Assembly (NCBI GenBank): GCA_030610085.1
Contig: JAUWSL010000001.1
Span: 2,740 to 66,739 of the forward strand
Source: Candidatus Aegiribacteria sp.
GTDB taxonomy: Bacteria; Fermentibacterota; Fermentibacteria; Fermentibacterales; JCC-6
Length of the DNA: 64,000 nt
Direction: 5' to 3'
Position numbers and translations under genes: made by a program. A model generated the notes under the pieces. That model searched no databases. It was given only the letters and a program-made list of their open reading frames with translations, and had not been told where the DNA came from. Within the stretch, counting starts at the first letter, position 1, and every line of letters begins with the position of its first letter. Shown here piece after piece: positions 20,160 through 30,397 of the stretch.

Positions 20160-20609
20160 GTGGAACAGCTCGTAGCATACATGGGAATTGCCCTGGCGTG
20201 CGCACTTGCGGGGATAGGATCAGCCATAGGCGTGGGAATAGCTGCCCAGGCCAGCACCGGTGTAATGAGCGTAGATCCGGGTAAATTCGGAAAACTCCTT
20301 CTTCTTTCGGCGTTACCGGGAACCCAGGGGATATACGGTTTCGTAATAGCCTTCCTTCTGCTTGGCAAAGTTGTTCCGGACATGGATATGCATGTCTCCT
20401 GGCAGATATTCACAGCGGGAATCCCTATAGCGCTTGCCGGACTCTTTTCCGGTATTCACCAGGGGAAGGTTTGCGCCGGTGGCGCGATGATGACAGCCAA
20501 GCAGCCGGATGATTCCGCAAAGTCCCTTATTCTTGCGGTTTTTGTTGAGTTTTACGCAATTCTGGGCTTCCTCGTTTCGTTCCTCATGCTTCAGGGCATA
20601 GGGGGGTAA
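20160..20609 (+). CDS. ntpK: V/A-type ATP synthase subunit K (c), four-TM type
   Basis: AGIGSAIGV, LPGTQGIYGF, IHQG, VEFYAILG. Confidence 0.95.
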   Translation: MEQLVAYMGIALACALAGIGSAIGVGIAAQASTGVMSVDPGKFGKLLLLSALPGTQGIYGFVIAFLLLGKVVPDMDMHVSWQIFTAGIPIALAGLFSGIHQGKVCAGGAMMTAKQPDDSAKSLILAVFVEFYAILGFLVSFLMLQGIGG

Positions 20610-20616
20610 CGAGAAG

Positions 20617-21204
20617 ATGTCTCTCGAAGCGATCCTTTCAAAGATAGAAGGAGAGGCCAGGCAGAAGGCGGAGGCGATACTTGAAGCTGCAGAGAAAGAA
20701 AAGAAAACAGCTCTCCAGGCCAATGCAGAAGAGCTTGATGAAAATCACGGCAGGGAAGTAGAGAAAATCAGATCCGGTATCGAAGAAGAACGGAAGAGAA
20801 AAGAATTTCACGTTCGCAGGGAATCGGCCAGGAAGATGATGAATGCCAGAAGGACCATGATGGATGACGCTATCGTAAAAGCGTCGGGGAACCTCGTTTC
20901 AGCTGGTGACTCGGAGTATCTCGAGATGATATCTTCTCTTCTCGCAGGCTGTGATCTGAAAGGAAAGGTCGAAGTTGTAATATCCTCCAAAGATGAGTCT
21001 CGCATAACTTCCGGGTATCTGAAAAAACACTCCGGGAAAGATCGCGAATTCGTCCTTTCCGCTGAACGTCATGACGAGACCGGAGGTGTTATCTTCAAAA
21101 CCGGGAAGATCAGCCAGAATGGGACATTCCCGATGATAGCAGAACTTGTTCACGAGGATATTGTGATGATGCTTACCGATCTCATACCTCTGCAGAAGAG
21201 CTGA
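20617..21204 (+). CDS. ntpE: V/A-type ATP synthase subunit E
   Basis: MSLE.IL.KI coiled coil, GGV near C-terminus, operon position. Confidence 0.85.
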   Translation: MSLEAILSKIEGEARQKAEAILEAAEKEKKTALQANAEELDENHGREVEKIRSGIEEERKRKEFHVRRESARKMMNARRTMMDDAIVKASGNLVSAGDSEYLEMISSLLAGCDLKGKVEVVISSKDESRITSGYLKKHSGKDREFVLSAERHDETGGVIFKTGKISQNGTFPMIAELVHEDIVMMLTDLIPLQKS

Positions 21205-21207
21205 TTC

Positions 21208-22182
21208 ATGGCAGTGGGTTTCATCTATGCCAATGGCAGAATTAGTGGCGAGGAAACAACACTTCTGGACCAGCGCATGTGGCAGATGCTCTTATCATCG
21301 GGCAGTGAAGAAGAAGCTATGAGACTTCTCGGTGACACCTGGTACGGCGGCTTCATGCAGTACCACTGCATGGAAGACTGTTTTATCAAAGCTATGGAAG
21401 CAACAGAAGAAGAGCTTATTGACCTGAGTGAGGATGAACGACTTACACGGAGCCTCCTGCACCGCAGAGACGTGAGAAACGCAAGGTATATATGGAAGGA
21501 AATCCTTTCAGGGAACGATTCTGAGGACGGAATAGAGGTTGAACGGCCCGGTCTGATAGAGATAGAGACGCTCAGAAAAGCAGTTAACTCGGACGAAGCC
21601 CGGGATGAGCTTCCACCTCTTTTCCTGCGGACGATAGAGGATCTTCTTGAGATTGACAGGATTGACGTAGCTGAAGTTGACAGAAGGATGGATCAGCTTG
21701 CCGCAGCCGTTGAAAGCGACGAGCTTATAGAGATAAACTCCGGTTTCAGAACATTCGTCATGACGAACATCGAACAGAGGAATTTTCTTACAGCTGGAAG
21801 GTGCAGCATTAACGATGTTTCCAGACAGGAATTACGAAAAATGCTTCTGCCCGGGGGGTATCATACGAAAGATGAAATAGAAGAAGCCTATCAACGGAGA
21901 ACATTACCAGATCTGCTTGTTGAAACTCCGGGATTTGACGAAACGGGAGCTGCATTCGAGGAAGCTTTACAGACGGGTTTCTTTTTAAAATTTGAGAGGG
22001 AATGTGACAGAAGGCTGCTGGATCTGCTTGAAAAGGGTGCTTTTCCCGTCTTCGGGCCATCCCCTCTGGCTGCTTTCGTGATAAGCCGTGAAATGGAAAT
22101 AAGTCACCTCAGGTTGCTTCTTGCCGCAAAATCCGCCGGCGTAGGAGAAGGCATACTTAAAAAACGGCTGCCGCGTGGATAG
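21208..22182 (+). CDS. ntpC: V/A-type ATP synthase subunit C (d)
   Basis: YANGRI...E..LL start, GP.PL.AF...REMEI..LR end. Confidence 0.85.
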   Translation: MAVGFIYANGRISGEETTLLDQRMWQMLLSSGSEEEAMRLLGDTWYGGFMQYHCMEDCFIKAMEATEEELIDLSEDERLTRSLLHRRDVRNARYIWKEILSGNDSEDGIEVERPGLIEIETLRKAVNSDEARDELPPLFLRTIEDLLEIDRIDVAEVDRRMDQLAAAVESDELIEINSGFRTFVMTNIEQRNFLTAGRCSINDVSRQELRKMLLPGGYHTKDEIEEAYQRRTLPDLLVETPGFDETGAAFEEALQTGFFLKFERECDRRLLDLLEKGAFPVFGPSPLAAFVISREMEISHLRLLLAAKSAGVGEGILKKRLPRG

Positions 22183-22190
22183 GAGACGGT

Positions 22191-22520
22191 ATGGCTGAGG
22201 GCAAGATAGCGTTCATAGGAGATGCTGACTCGGTACTCGGATTCCGGGCGCTGGGCGTGGAAACGGTAGTTCCTGAGAATGCTGACTCGGCTCGGGAGCA
22301 ATTTGCAAGGCTTGTAAAGGAGAAAATCTCCATCATCATGATAACCGAAAACATGATGGACGATCTCCAGGAACAGATAGAAGAAACGGTTCATATGGCA
22401 ATTCCATCGGTTGTTGTTCTTCCCGGAATAACGGGCACTCAGAAGCGGGGAGAGACTACGATAAGGGAGCTTATCATAAAGGCAGTCGGTGTTGATCTGA
22501 TGTCCGAGGAACAGAAGTAA
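22191..22520 (+). CDS. ntpF: V/A-type ATP synthase subunit F
   Basis: IA.IGD.DSVLGFRALG ... KAVGVD. Confidence 0.93.
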   Translation: MAEGKIAFIGDADSVLGFRALGVETVVPENADSAREQFARLVKEKISIIMITENMMDDLQEQIEETVHMAIPSVVVLPGITGTQKRGETTIRELIIKAVGVDLMSEEQK

Positions 22521-22561
22521 TAAAGACCCGCTAAAAACCCGCAACCCACCGGAGGCGACGG

Positions 22562-24331
22562 ATGATAAGGGGAACGATAGACAAGATAGCAGGTCCGCTG
22601 GTTGTTGCGGACGGAATGAAGGATTCCAGGATGTACGACCTGGTATACGTATCCGATTACAGATTAATCGGCGAAATAATAGAGCTTAAAGGAGACAAGG
22701 CATCTATACAGGTATATGAGGAGACCGGAGGGCTGAAGCCTGGCGACCCGGTGACAGCTACCGGAGAACCCCTCTCGGTCGAACTTGGCCCCGGACTTGT
22801 AACCGCCATATATGACGGTATTCAACGACCCCTTGATGAAATACGCAAGGAGGCAGGTGACTGGATCACACGGGGAATAAGCATAAGAGGCCTTGATCAT
22901 GAGAAGGAATTGGATTTCTCACCTGTCGCTATTGTTGGTCTCGAAGTTACCGGTGGCGAGATCCTGGGCTCCGTTCCAGAAACAAAGATCATCACCCATA
23001 AAGTCATGGTTCCGCCTGCGGTTTCGGGTGAAATCACATGGATGATAAAAGCCGGAAAGTACAATATCGATACAGTTATAGCAAAACTGAAGACTTCAGA
23101 CGGAGCGGTTGTTGAATTGCCTATGTACCACAACTGGCCTGTAAGAAAACCAAGACCCATTGCGGAGAAAATGGCACCGGAGGAACCGCTTGTTACAGGA
23201 CAAAGGGTTATAGACGCGTTCTTCCCCCTGGGTAAGGGAGGAACCGCCTGCGTTCCAGGTCCTTTCGGCAGCGGCAAAACGGTTATTCAGCACCAGCTTG
23301 CCAAATGGGCGGATGCCGAAATGGTGGTTTACGTCGGATGTGGAGAACGAGGCAATGAAATGACCGATGTTCTTCAGGAATTCCCGGAACTCGAAGATCC
23401 CAAAAGCGGAGAACCGCTCATTTTCAGAACCGTTCTTGTAGCCAATACGAGCAACATGCCTGTGGCCGCAAGGGAAGCAAGTGTTTACACCGGTATAACG
23501 ATCGGGGAGTATTTCAGGGACATGGGGTATTCCGTTGCCCTTATGGCCGATTCAACAAGCAGATGGGCGGAGGCGATGAGGGAGATGTCCGGAAGGCTTG
23601 AGGAGATGCCCGGTGAAGAGGGGTATCCCGCATACCTTGGAACCAGGATCGCTGAATTCTACGAACGCGCCGGTAATGTGAAATGTATAGGAGGGGACAG
23701 GAACGGCGCGCTGACTGTGGTTGGAGCTGTGAGCCCGGCCGGAGGAGACCTTTCAGATCCTGTGGTTCAGGCTACGCTAAGAGTTGTTAAGGTGTTCTGG
23801 AGTCTGCAGGCAAGGCTGGCTTACGCAAGGCATTTTCCGGCAATAGGATGGCTTGACAGCTACTCCCTCTACACGGATAACCTCAAGGAGTATTACGACG
23901 AGAAGCTCGGCACCGGGTGGGTTCCAATGGTAAAGGAAGCCATCTCCCTGCTTCAGCAGGAAGCCAATCTGCTGGAAATAGCCAGACTGGTGGGAGCTGA
24001 GTCACTCTCAGCCGAAGACCAGCTGATCCTGTTCACCGCAAGGTCCCTAAGGGAGGATTTTCTGCACCAGAATGCCTTCCATGAGGTAGACACATACACT
24101 TCGATCACAAAGCAGAAATTGATGATGGAAGTCATAATGCATACAAATGCGGAGATGAAGAAAGCCATCCGCAGCAATGTAACACCCGTAGATCTTTTTG
24201 AGCTCCCCCTTAAGGAGGAGATCGCAAGAATGAGTTACATTCCCGAAGATCGTATCGACGATATAGAAGTAATTATAGAACATATTAATTCGCAGATCAA
24301 CGATCTGATAGATAAAGAGCAGACCGCGTAG
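22562..24331 (+). CDS. ntpA: V/A-type ATP synthase subunit A
   Basis: P-loop GPFGSGKT, GCGERGNE, DSTSRWAEA, EEGYPAYL. Confidence 0.97.
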   Translation: MIRGTIDKIAGPLVVADGMKDSRMYDLVYVSDYRLIGEIIELKGDKASIQVYEETGGLKPGDPVTATGEPLSVELGPGLVTAIYDGIQRPLDEIRKEAGDWITRGISIRGLDHEKELDFSPVAIVGLEVTGGEILGSVPETKIITHKVMVPPAVSGEITWMIKAGKYNIDTVIAKLKTSDGAVVELPMYHNWPVRKPRPIAEKMAPEEPLVTGQRVIDAFFPLGKGGTACVPGPFGSGKTVIQHQLAKWADAEMVVYVGCGERGNEMTDVLQEFPELEDPKSGEPLIFRTVLVANTSNMPVAAREASVYTGITIGEYFRDMGYSVALMADSTSRWAEAMREMSGRLEEMPGEEGYPAYLGTRIAEFYERAGNVKCIGGDRNGALTVVGAVSPAGGDLSDPVVQATLRVVKVFWSLQARLAYARHFPAIGWLDSYSLYTDNLKEYYDEKLGTGWVPMVKEAISLLQQEANLLEIARLVGAESLSAEDQLILFTARSLREDFLHQNAFHEVDTYTSITKQKLMMEVIMHTNAEMKKAIRSNVTPVDLFELPLKEEIARMSYIPEDRIDDIEVIIEHINSQINDLIDKEQTA

Positions 24332-24343
24332 GAGGGCGGGGAT

Positions 24344-25741
24344 ATGATTAGAGAATACAAAACGACAGTAGAGATATCCGGTCCACTGATGCTGGTAGAC
24401 GGGGTCGAAGGAGTCGCGTACGAGGAACTGGTGGAGATTCAACTTCCCGATGGAGAGATTCGCCACGGCAAGGTTCTCGAAATTGACAGTCGCATGGCCC
24501 TGGTACAGCTCTTTGAGGGCAGCAGCGGAACGAGTATAACGGAAAGCAGGGTGCGCTTCCTCGGGAAACAGGTTGAACTTGGTGTTTCCGAGGAGATGCT
24601 GGGCAGAGTTTTTGACGGTCAGGGAAGACCAAGAGCCCCATTCGATACGGCACCTCCGATAGTTCCCGAGAAGATGATGGATATAAATGGGGCTCCCATC
24701 AATCCCTACGCCAGGGATTACCCGGCGGAGTTCATTCAGACAGGCTTCAGCTCGATAGACGGTATTAATACACTGGTCAGAGGCCAGAAACTCCCGGTGT
24801 TCAGCGGAAGCGGACTTCCACACGCAGCCGTTGCTGCACAGATCGCCCGGCAGGCTAAGGTCACAGGCGGTGGCGAAAGCTTTGCAGTTGTCTTCGCAGC
24901 CATGGGTATAACGTTCGAGGAGGCCGATTACTTCATCCGTGATTTCAGGAATACAGGAGCCATGGACAGGGCGGTTGTGTTCCTGAATCTGGCGAGTGAC
25001 CCCGCTATCGAACGTATCTCAACTCCAAGAATGGCCCTCACCGCAGCCGAGTACCTCGCATACGAAAAGGATATGCACATCCTTGTCATCCTTACGGATA
25101 TGACCAACTACTGTGACGCGCTTAGGGAAATATCTGCGGCGAGGAAAGAAGTTCCAGGAAGAAGGGGATATCCAGGGTACCTCTATACCGACCTTGCTTC
25201 GATTTACGAGCGTGCCGGGAGGATCAAGGGCCGGAAGGGATCAATAACACAGATCCCTATTCTGACAATGCCCGAAGACGATAAAACTCATCCAATTCCA
25301 GATCTTACCGGATACATCACCGAGGGGCAGCTCATCCTCAACAGAGAGCTTCATAAGAAGGGCATATATCCACCCATGGACGTTATGGAGTCACTCTCAA
25401 GGTTGAAGGACAAGGGAATCGGAAAGGACAAGACCCGTGAGGACCACGCGGACCTGTTCAACCAGCTGATGGCAGCATACTCCGCCGGCAAGGATGCCAA
25501 GGAACTGGCGGTAATACTCGGAGCTGCCGCACTTAGCCCCCTTGACCAGAAGTACCTTAAATTCGCAGACGAGTACGAGAAGAGGTACATCAGCCAGGGG
25601 GAGCACGAGAACAGGAACATAGAAGAAACCCTTGATCTCGGCTGGGAACTTCTGAAACTCCTGCCAAGAGGAGAGATGAAGAGAATAGACCCCGCACGGC
25701 TTGATAAGTACTGGCCCGAGGGAAAAGAAGTATCAGCCTGA
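24344..25741 (+). CDS. ntpB: V/A-type ATP synthase subunit B
   Basis: [42 protein letters not shown]. Confidence 0.97.
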   Translation: MIREYKTTVEISGPLMLVDGVEGVAYEELVEIQLPDGEIRHGKVLEIDSRMALVQLFEGSSGTSITESRVRFLGKQVELGVSEEMLGRVFDGQGRPRAPFDTAPPIVPEKMMDINGAPINPYARDYPAEFIQTGFSSIDGINTLVRGQKLPVFSGSGLPHAAVAAQIARQAKVTGGGESFAVVFAAMGITFEEADYFIRDFRNTGAMDRAVVFLNLASDPAIERISTPRMALTAAEYLAYEKDMHILVILTDMTNYCDALREISAARKEVPGRRGYPGYLYTDLASIYERAGRIKGRKGSITQIPILTMPEDDKTHPIPDLTGYITEGQLILNRELHKKGIYPPMDVMESLSRLKDKGIGKDKTREDHADLFNQLMAAYSAGKDAKELAVILGAAALSPLDQKYLKFADEYEKRYISQGEHENRNIEETLDLGWELLKLLPRGEMKRIDPARLDKYWPEGKEVSA

Positions 25742-26415
25742 TGGCCATTGTTGTCAGTGCAACCCGAATGGAGCTGCTTCAGAGGCGCAAGAAGGTAAAA
25801 CTTGCACAGAGGGGGCACAAGCTTCTCAAGGACAAGCTCGATGAACTCATGCGTCAGTTCAAAATACTTATTTCGGATTATGAAGGCGCACGGGAAGAAC
25901 TGGAGAAGGAGCTCAGCCTTGCTTACGGCGAATTTCTCTTTGCGCGGGCGGCAATGACCGAACCGGGCTTGCTTGACGCTCTCCGATATCCCGGAGCAGA
26001 GGCCAGAGTTACCACTTCTACGAGGAAGATAATGAACCTGGTTCTGCCCGTCTTTGACGTATCGATAGAGGGAAATGTACGAAACTATGGAATGTTCGAT
26101 ACGCCGGTGGAGCTTGATCAGTCGCTGAAGGTTTATAAGGTGCTTCTTCCCAGGATCATTAAACTGGCAGAGCACGAGAAGGCCATCAGCCTGCTGGCAA
26201 GGGAGATAGATTCGACCAGGAGGAGAGTGAACGCCCTGGAATACAAGCTGATCCCGGAGCTGGAAGAAGCCATTAGAGCTATACGTCTCAAGCTGGACGA
26301 AATGGAGCGCGGAAACCTTACGAGACTGATGAAGGTGAAGTCAATGGTGGAGGAAAAGAGGGAAAAAAGCCGCACCAGATACCTGGGCCGGGCTTACCTT
26401 TCTAACCTTTTCTGA
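25741..26415 (+). CDS. ntpD: V/A-type ATP synthase subunit D
   Basis: TRMEL...RGHKLLKDK.DEL, TRRRVNALE. Confidence 0.96.
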   Translation: MAIVVSATRMELLQRRKKVKLAQRGHKLLKDKLDELMRQFKILISDYEGAREELEKELSLAYGEFLFARAAMTEPGLLDALRYPGAEARVTTSTRKIMNLVLPVFDVSIEGNVRNYGMFDTPVELDQSLKVYKVLLPRIIKLAEHEKAISLLAREIDSTRRRVNALEYKLIPELEEAIRAIRLKLDEMERGNLTRLMKVKSMVEEKREKSRTRYLGRAYLSNLF

Positions 26416-26497
26416 CCGGATACTTGATATTCCGTCTTTAATAGTTTATTAATTATATGCTGTATATCGCTGTGAAATTCAATCATGGAGGGAAAAA

Positions 26498-27091
26498 ATG
26501 AAATCTGTCTTTATTGCTGTACTGCTCCTTGCTCTCTCTCAGATGGCCTTTGCCGACATTACCGAAAACTACGGCTGGGAAGGCACGGAGACCATTCTTG
26601 GTAACTATGGGGACATAATCGCAACAATAGCAACTGACCCCGTGCATTCCGGATCACAATCACTTTGCCTTGAGGACGCTGCAGCTTCAGGAACACCCCA
26701 GGCATACATTGCCTGGGTTGTCGGGCTTGAGGATGGCGATGAAGTGACGGCGAGCTTCTGGCGATACGACACAACACCCCTGGCTTCTCCCTCCTGCAGA
26801 ATCTGGGCTCACTGGAACGACGACCCCAACGATGTAAACGGACACAACGGCAGCGCGAGCGGTAACGATGATTACGGTAACGGTGAAGGCTGGGATGAAA
26901 CATCCTGGACGTGGACTGTTGTAGAAGGCCATACAGGCCTGGTAATCGAGTGCAGGACATATTCAGAGGCTGGTGACATCGTCTGGATAGATGATATGAT
27001 CGTTACCGCGCCGGATAACGCAACCATCTGGACCCCGGGTAACCTTGCTCTTCAGAACAGCACATGGGCTGATATAAAGGCTGCATTCTAG
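26498..27091 (+). CDS. Secreted acidic beta-rich protein (CBM-like fold by inference) with C-terminal TWxxIK tail
   Basis: Sec signal ending AFA; HSGSQSL and WIDD..V patterns; ends LQNSTWADIKAAF. Confidence 0.8.
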   Translation: MKSVFIAVLLLALSQMAFADITENYGWEGTETILGNYGDIIATIATDPVHSGSQSLCLEDAAASGTPQAYIAWVVGLEDGDEVTASFWRYDTTPLASPSCRIWAHWNDDPNDVNGHNGSASGNDDYGNGEGWDETSWTWTVVEGHTGLVIECRTYSEAGDIVWIDDMIVTAPDNATIWTPGNLALQNSTWADIKAAF

Positions 27092-27738
27092 AAAAGCTCA
27101 CCGAGTTTCTCAACCATACTTACCGCCCCCTCGTATACCTCCGCGGGGCCGGCTGCCAGCATGTAGGCCGGTGTAGTTACCAGTTTTCTTTCCTTATCAA
27201 CGACGCAGTCGTTCACTGCACAATTCACATGAACCGCTCCCATTGAATTGACTGCATCGGCGGTTTCGGGATGGCTGCCGATGGTCAGCCTTGCACCCGG
27301 TATCGTTCTTGCAAGTATTACCGGAGCTATGCACATGGCAGCTATTGGTTTTCCGGATTGAAGGGCATCGCTGAGAAGACTCTCCACTTCAGCATTTACT
27401 GAGCACTCCGGTCCATCGGACGCGAAGGAGCATAATGTAAGAGCAGCCCCGAAACCTCCTGGAAAGAGAACAGCATCGTAATCTTCCGGCCTGAGATCGG
27501 AGAGGGATTTAATATCTCCCCTTGCTATTCTAGCCCCTTCTTTAAGCGCGTTTCTCGCCTGTGCTTCGGATTTCTCCGTGCTGTGGTCAACGGTAGCGGT
27601 CTGCTGAACATCCGGCGCCGTGAAGACGACTTCGTAACCCGCCCTGTCCAGAGCTATGAGCGCTGCGACAGCTTCGTGTATCTCCGAACCGTCCTTTACC
27701 CCGCACCCGCTGAGCACAAATGCAACTTTCTTTCCCAT
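27088..27738 (-). CDS. elbB: ElbB / DJ-1-PfpI family glyoxalase
   Basis: LSGCGVKDGSEIHE, PGGFGAA, CIAP, VTTPAYM; GGAGG RBS before ATG 27738. Confidence 0.93.
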   Translation of the reverse strand: MGKKVAFVLSGCGVKDGSEIHEAVAALIALDRAGYEVVFTAPDVQQTATVDHSTEKSEAQARNALKEGARIARGDIKSLSDLRPEDYDAVLFPGGFGAALTLCSFASDGPECSVNAEVESLLSDALQSGKPIAAMCIAPVILARTIPGARLTIGSHPETADAVNSMGAVHVNCAVNDCVVDKERKLVTTPAYMLAAGPAEVYEGAVSMVEKLGELF

Positions 27739-27872
27739 ATTACCCTCCATATCAGTATAATCACTTTTCAATTCAACTGATACTACATGAATCCTCTGCA
27801 GTCCACCGTATTCAAGGCTTTGCCTGATCGAAACGGTAATGTATCTTCCAAGTAACTACAGGAGGAGGCAAG

Positions 27873-28544
27873 ATGTCCAAGGTGATCATATCCATCATGT
27901 TTTTTGCACTGATGTTCTCATCATGCTATTACGGAGCCATGCAGGGGGCTCACACCCTGGGGAAAGACCATATTACTATAACCGGTGGAGTTACCCTCCC
28001 CGCATATTTCTCGGCCGAATCAAAACAGGAGGCCGAAGAGAACAGAATAGATTTCCTTGAAACCTATCCAACCGTGGATTTTTCCATCGGTGCAACCGAG
28101 AGAATTGATCTTGGTTTTTCATCCTTCGGTTACGGAATAGGTCCTATGGTCAAGTACAATCTACTGAATCCGGAAGGCCCCACAGCGCTATCCGGCACGC
28201 TTAACATGAATTACGTGATCCCGATGCAGGTAATGCTTCCCAGGCTTTCTATCTGCGCCGGACACATGTTCGACAGGGACCTTGAGGTATTCGCCGGAAG
28301 CGACGTCGGCTACGGTCCCGACCTGGCAAATATTCCCGAATCAGATGATGGCTCACATGACTGGGATTCTGTGGACAACACCTTCTTCGCCTGTGTACGT
28401 ATCGGCTGCAAATACGAGCTGAAGCCTCCGGGCAGCCCGAACCAGAACATGGCATACATCCCCGAATCCATACTTTTCCAGTTCTCGATACCTCTTGATC
28501 TGTCAAGAAGCATGATACTGGCCGGGCTTGCCGTAACGTACTGA
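27873..28544 (+). CDS. Hypothetical lipoprotein, possibly outer-membrane beta-barrel
   Basis: Lipobox-like FSSC; alternating beta pattern; C-terminal LAVTY. Confidence 0.65.
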   Translation: MSKVIISIMFFALMFSSCYYGAMQGAHTLGKDHITITGGVTLPAYFSAESKQEAEENRIDFLETYPTVDFSIGATERIDLGFSSFGYGIGPMVKYNLLNPEGPTALSGTLNMNYVIPMQVMLPRLSICAGHMFDRDLEVFAGSDVGYGPDLANIPESDDGSHDWDSVDNTFFACVRIGCKYELKPPGSPNQNMAYIPESILFQFSIPLDLSRSMILAGLAVTY

Positions 28545-28568
28545 ACACAAGAATTTTTCAAGATACAG

Positions 28569-28599
28569 AAAAAGGGGACATGAAATAATTCATGTCCCC
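28569..28599 (-). terminator. Intrinsic terminator between convergent genes
   Basis: 11-bp stem GGGGACATGAA-ATAA-TTCATGTCCCC with a U5 tract on the minus strand. Confidence 0.8.
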
Positions 28600-28625
28600 C
28601 TGAATCATCATGAATTAATGCTTTG

Positions 28626-29456
28626 CTAGAAAATGGCCTTAATCGATCCCCAGGTTTCGCGCTGAAGCAGTGTGCTGACCGTGCCTGGAGTAGGCAATGC
28701 CTCAAGCCATGTATCGCTGAGGTTCTCGCTTGTCTCATCATGGCCTGTTATACCGTTTCCGCCGGTTAAGGTTTCGAATCCCTCCCACAGGTCAAGTCTC
28801 TGGAAAGTATTTCCATAAGCATGCCCCTCGGAATAGATTGCATTCTGGCTTGCCTCGGGAGTATCATCCAGGTAAGTGGAAGTGTTGATGGTTATGTAAC
28901 TCTTGTCAACGAATTCTCCTTCATCATCACCCCAGACAGCGTAATCGATGTCGTAACAGAGATCGTCACTGTCAGAAGAGTCATCGTAAGAAAAGAGGGT
29001 AAGAGTCTCACCCGAGTTGGTCAGGCCGGCGGTTGCACCGGCAAAACCGTTCGTCGGGACGATCATGACTGTTGCGCCGCCGCCGGTTCCCATAATGTCG
29101 TAATCGGCCTGTTGAGCATACTCACCTTCAAATGCTGAACCGCTCATAGCGATAACGATGACCTGTCCGGGAGCGATCTCGTCCCCTGGAGGGAATTTGA
29201 CAAGGAAATCGTAGGCACTCTGGTACGCAATTGGCCCGAGGGCGATCTGTGGATAGAAATCTTCGACACACGAGCTGTCACCGTACAGATCCGTGATGTG
29301 TACGTAAGTCAGCGAAACTGTGGATTCCGTAGGGTTATAGATCTCTACGAACTCTCCGGCAGTTGGAGTATCACAGAATTCTGTCAGAAGAAGGTGGTCG
29401 GCTGCGGCAAAAGCCATCGCGGTGGTTAATAGACAAAGAACAACGACAAATTTCAT
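28626..29456 (-). CDS. Secreted lamin-tail-domain-like protein with C-terminal TWxxIK tail
   Basis: Signal peptide; LLLTEF...EFVEIYNPT...V.L, GL.NSGE, PTPG; ends LQRETWGSIKAIF. Confidence 0.82.
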   Translation of the reverse strand: MKFVVVLCLLTTAMAFAAADHLLLTEFCDTPTAGEFVEIYNPTESTVSLTYVHITDLYGDSSCVEDFYPQIALGPIAYQSAYDFLVKFPPGDEIAPGQVIVIAMSGSAFEGEYAQQADYDIMGTGGGATVMIVPTNGFAGATAGLTNSGETLTLFSYDDSSDSDDLCYDIDYAVWGDDEGEFVDKSYITINTSTYLDDTPEASQNAIYSEGHAYGNTFQRLDLWEGFETLTGGNGITGHDETSENLSDTWLEALPTPGTVSTLLQRETWGSIKAIF

Positions 29457-29572
29457 ACTTGAACCATCCTTTCAATAATTACACATATTACAAAATCAAT
29501 ATAATCAAGGAACCGGCCATCAGCAAATGAAGCACGGTAATAATTAATGCAATTTATACGAAAAGAGATGAT

Positions 29573-30385
29573 ATGAATCTGGCGGATATGCATGTTCATA
29601 CAAGTGACTCCCCGGACGCTGATATCCCTGCCTGGAGGCTTGTGCAGAAGGGAATAGAGAACAATCTTGCCGGTATTGGATTCGTTGCACATCTTGATCT
29701 GGACCCTGAGGATTTCTGCTACGGAGGTTTCAACGAAGGAAAATTTGACGAATCAATAAACTGCGCCATGAATGAATCAAGAGGACGAATATCCGTAATG
29801 AAGGGTCTTGAAGTCGGGGAACCGCACATCTATGAAGAACAGGTGAAGAAACTTGTTGATTATTCGGATTACGATTTCATAACCGGAGCTCTCCATTCGC
29901 TGGAGGGGATCGGAATGGTTCTGGGCTGCGAAGCTTATATGGATAGAGACCCTCTTGAGATCGTTGAGGAATACTACACCGAAACCCTCAGGATGGTTAA
30001 GGTTTCTGATATTGATATTCTTGCACACATGGGCCTGTTCAGAAGAGGACTGGCCCTTGCCGGGCTGAAGCATGATTTCAATGAAATAGAACTCTGGCCT
30101 GATACAATAGAAGAAATTCTGAAAGTTATCATCGAAAGAAACATAGCCCTTGAGCTCAATACCTCAGGTCTACGCAGAAAAGAGGAAAGTACTTACCCGA
30201 TTTCCGAAATTCTTGAACTGTTCAGAGAGCTTGGCGGAACCCTTGTAACAGTTGGTTCGGATACTCATAGAGAGCCACATGTTTTCTATGGCCTTGATAA
30301 GGGAGCTGAACTCCTTCTGAAAACGGGATTCGGGGAGATCCGCACTTTTCATGAACGGACTCCACAAGCCTTCGCGCTGAAATAA
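29573..30385 (+). CDS. PHP-family histidinol-phosphatase (HisJ-like)
   Basis: D.HVHT..S.D, GLEVG, G.LH, LAH, ELNTSG, GSD.H metal ligands. Confidence 0.88.
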   Translation: MNLADMHVHTSDSPDADIPAWRLVQKGIENNLAGIGFVAHLDLDPEDFCYGGFNEGKFDESINCAMNESRGRISVMKGLEVGEPHIYEEQVKKLVDYSDYDFITGALHSLEGIGMVLGCEAYMDRDPLEIVEEYYTETLRMVKVSDIDILAHMGLFRRGLALAGLKHDFNEIELWPDTIEEILKVIIERNIALELNTSGLRRKEESTYPISEILELFRELGGTLVTVGSDTHREPHVFYGLDKGAELLLKTGFGEIRTFHERTPQAFALK

Positions 30386-30397
30386 TTTATTCTAAAG

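Noticed and set aside
22521..22561. Short ACCCGC repeats between ntpF and ntpA
   Set aside because: Only two short copies, no structure; not CRISPR-like.
7952..26175. Long antisense ORFs (7952..8695, 10134..10952, 24047..24823, 25351..26175)
   Set aside because: Opposite conserved gyrase and ATPase genes; typical shadow frames.
27088..27091. Convergent genes sharing CTAG as stop on both strands
   Set aside because: Common compaction feature with no further signal.
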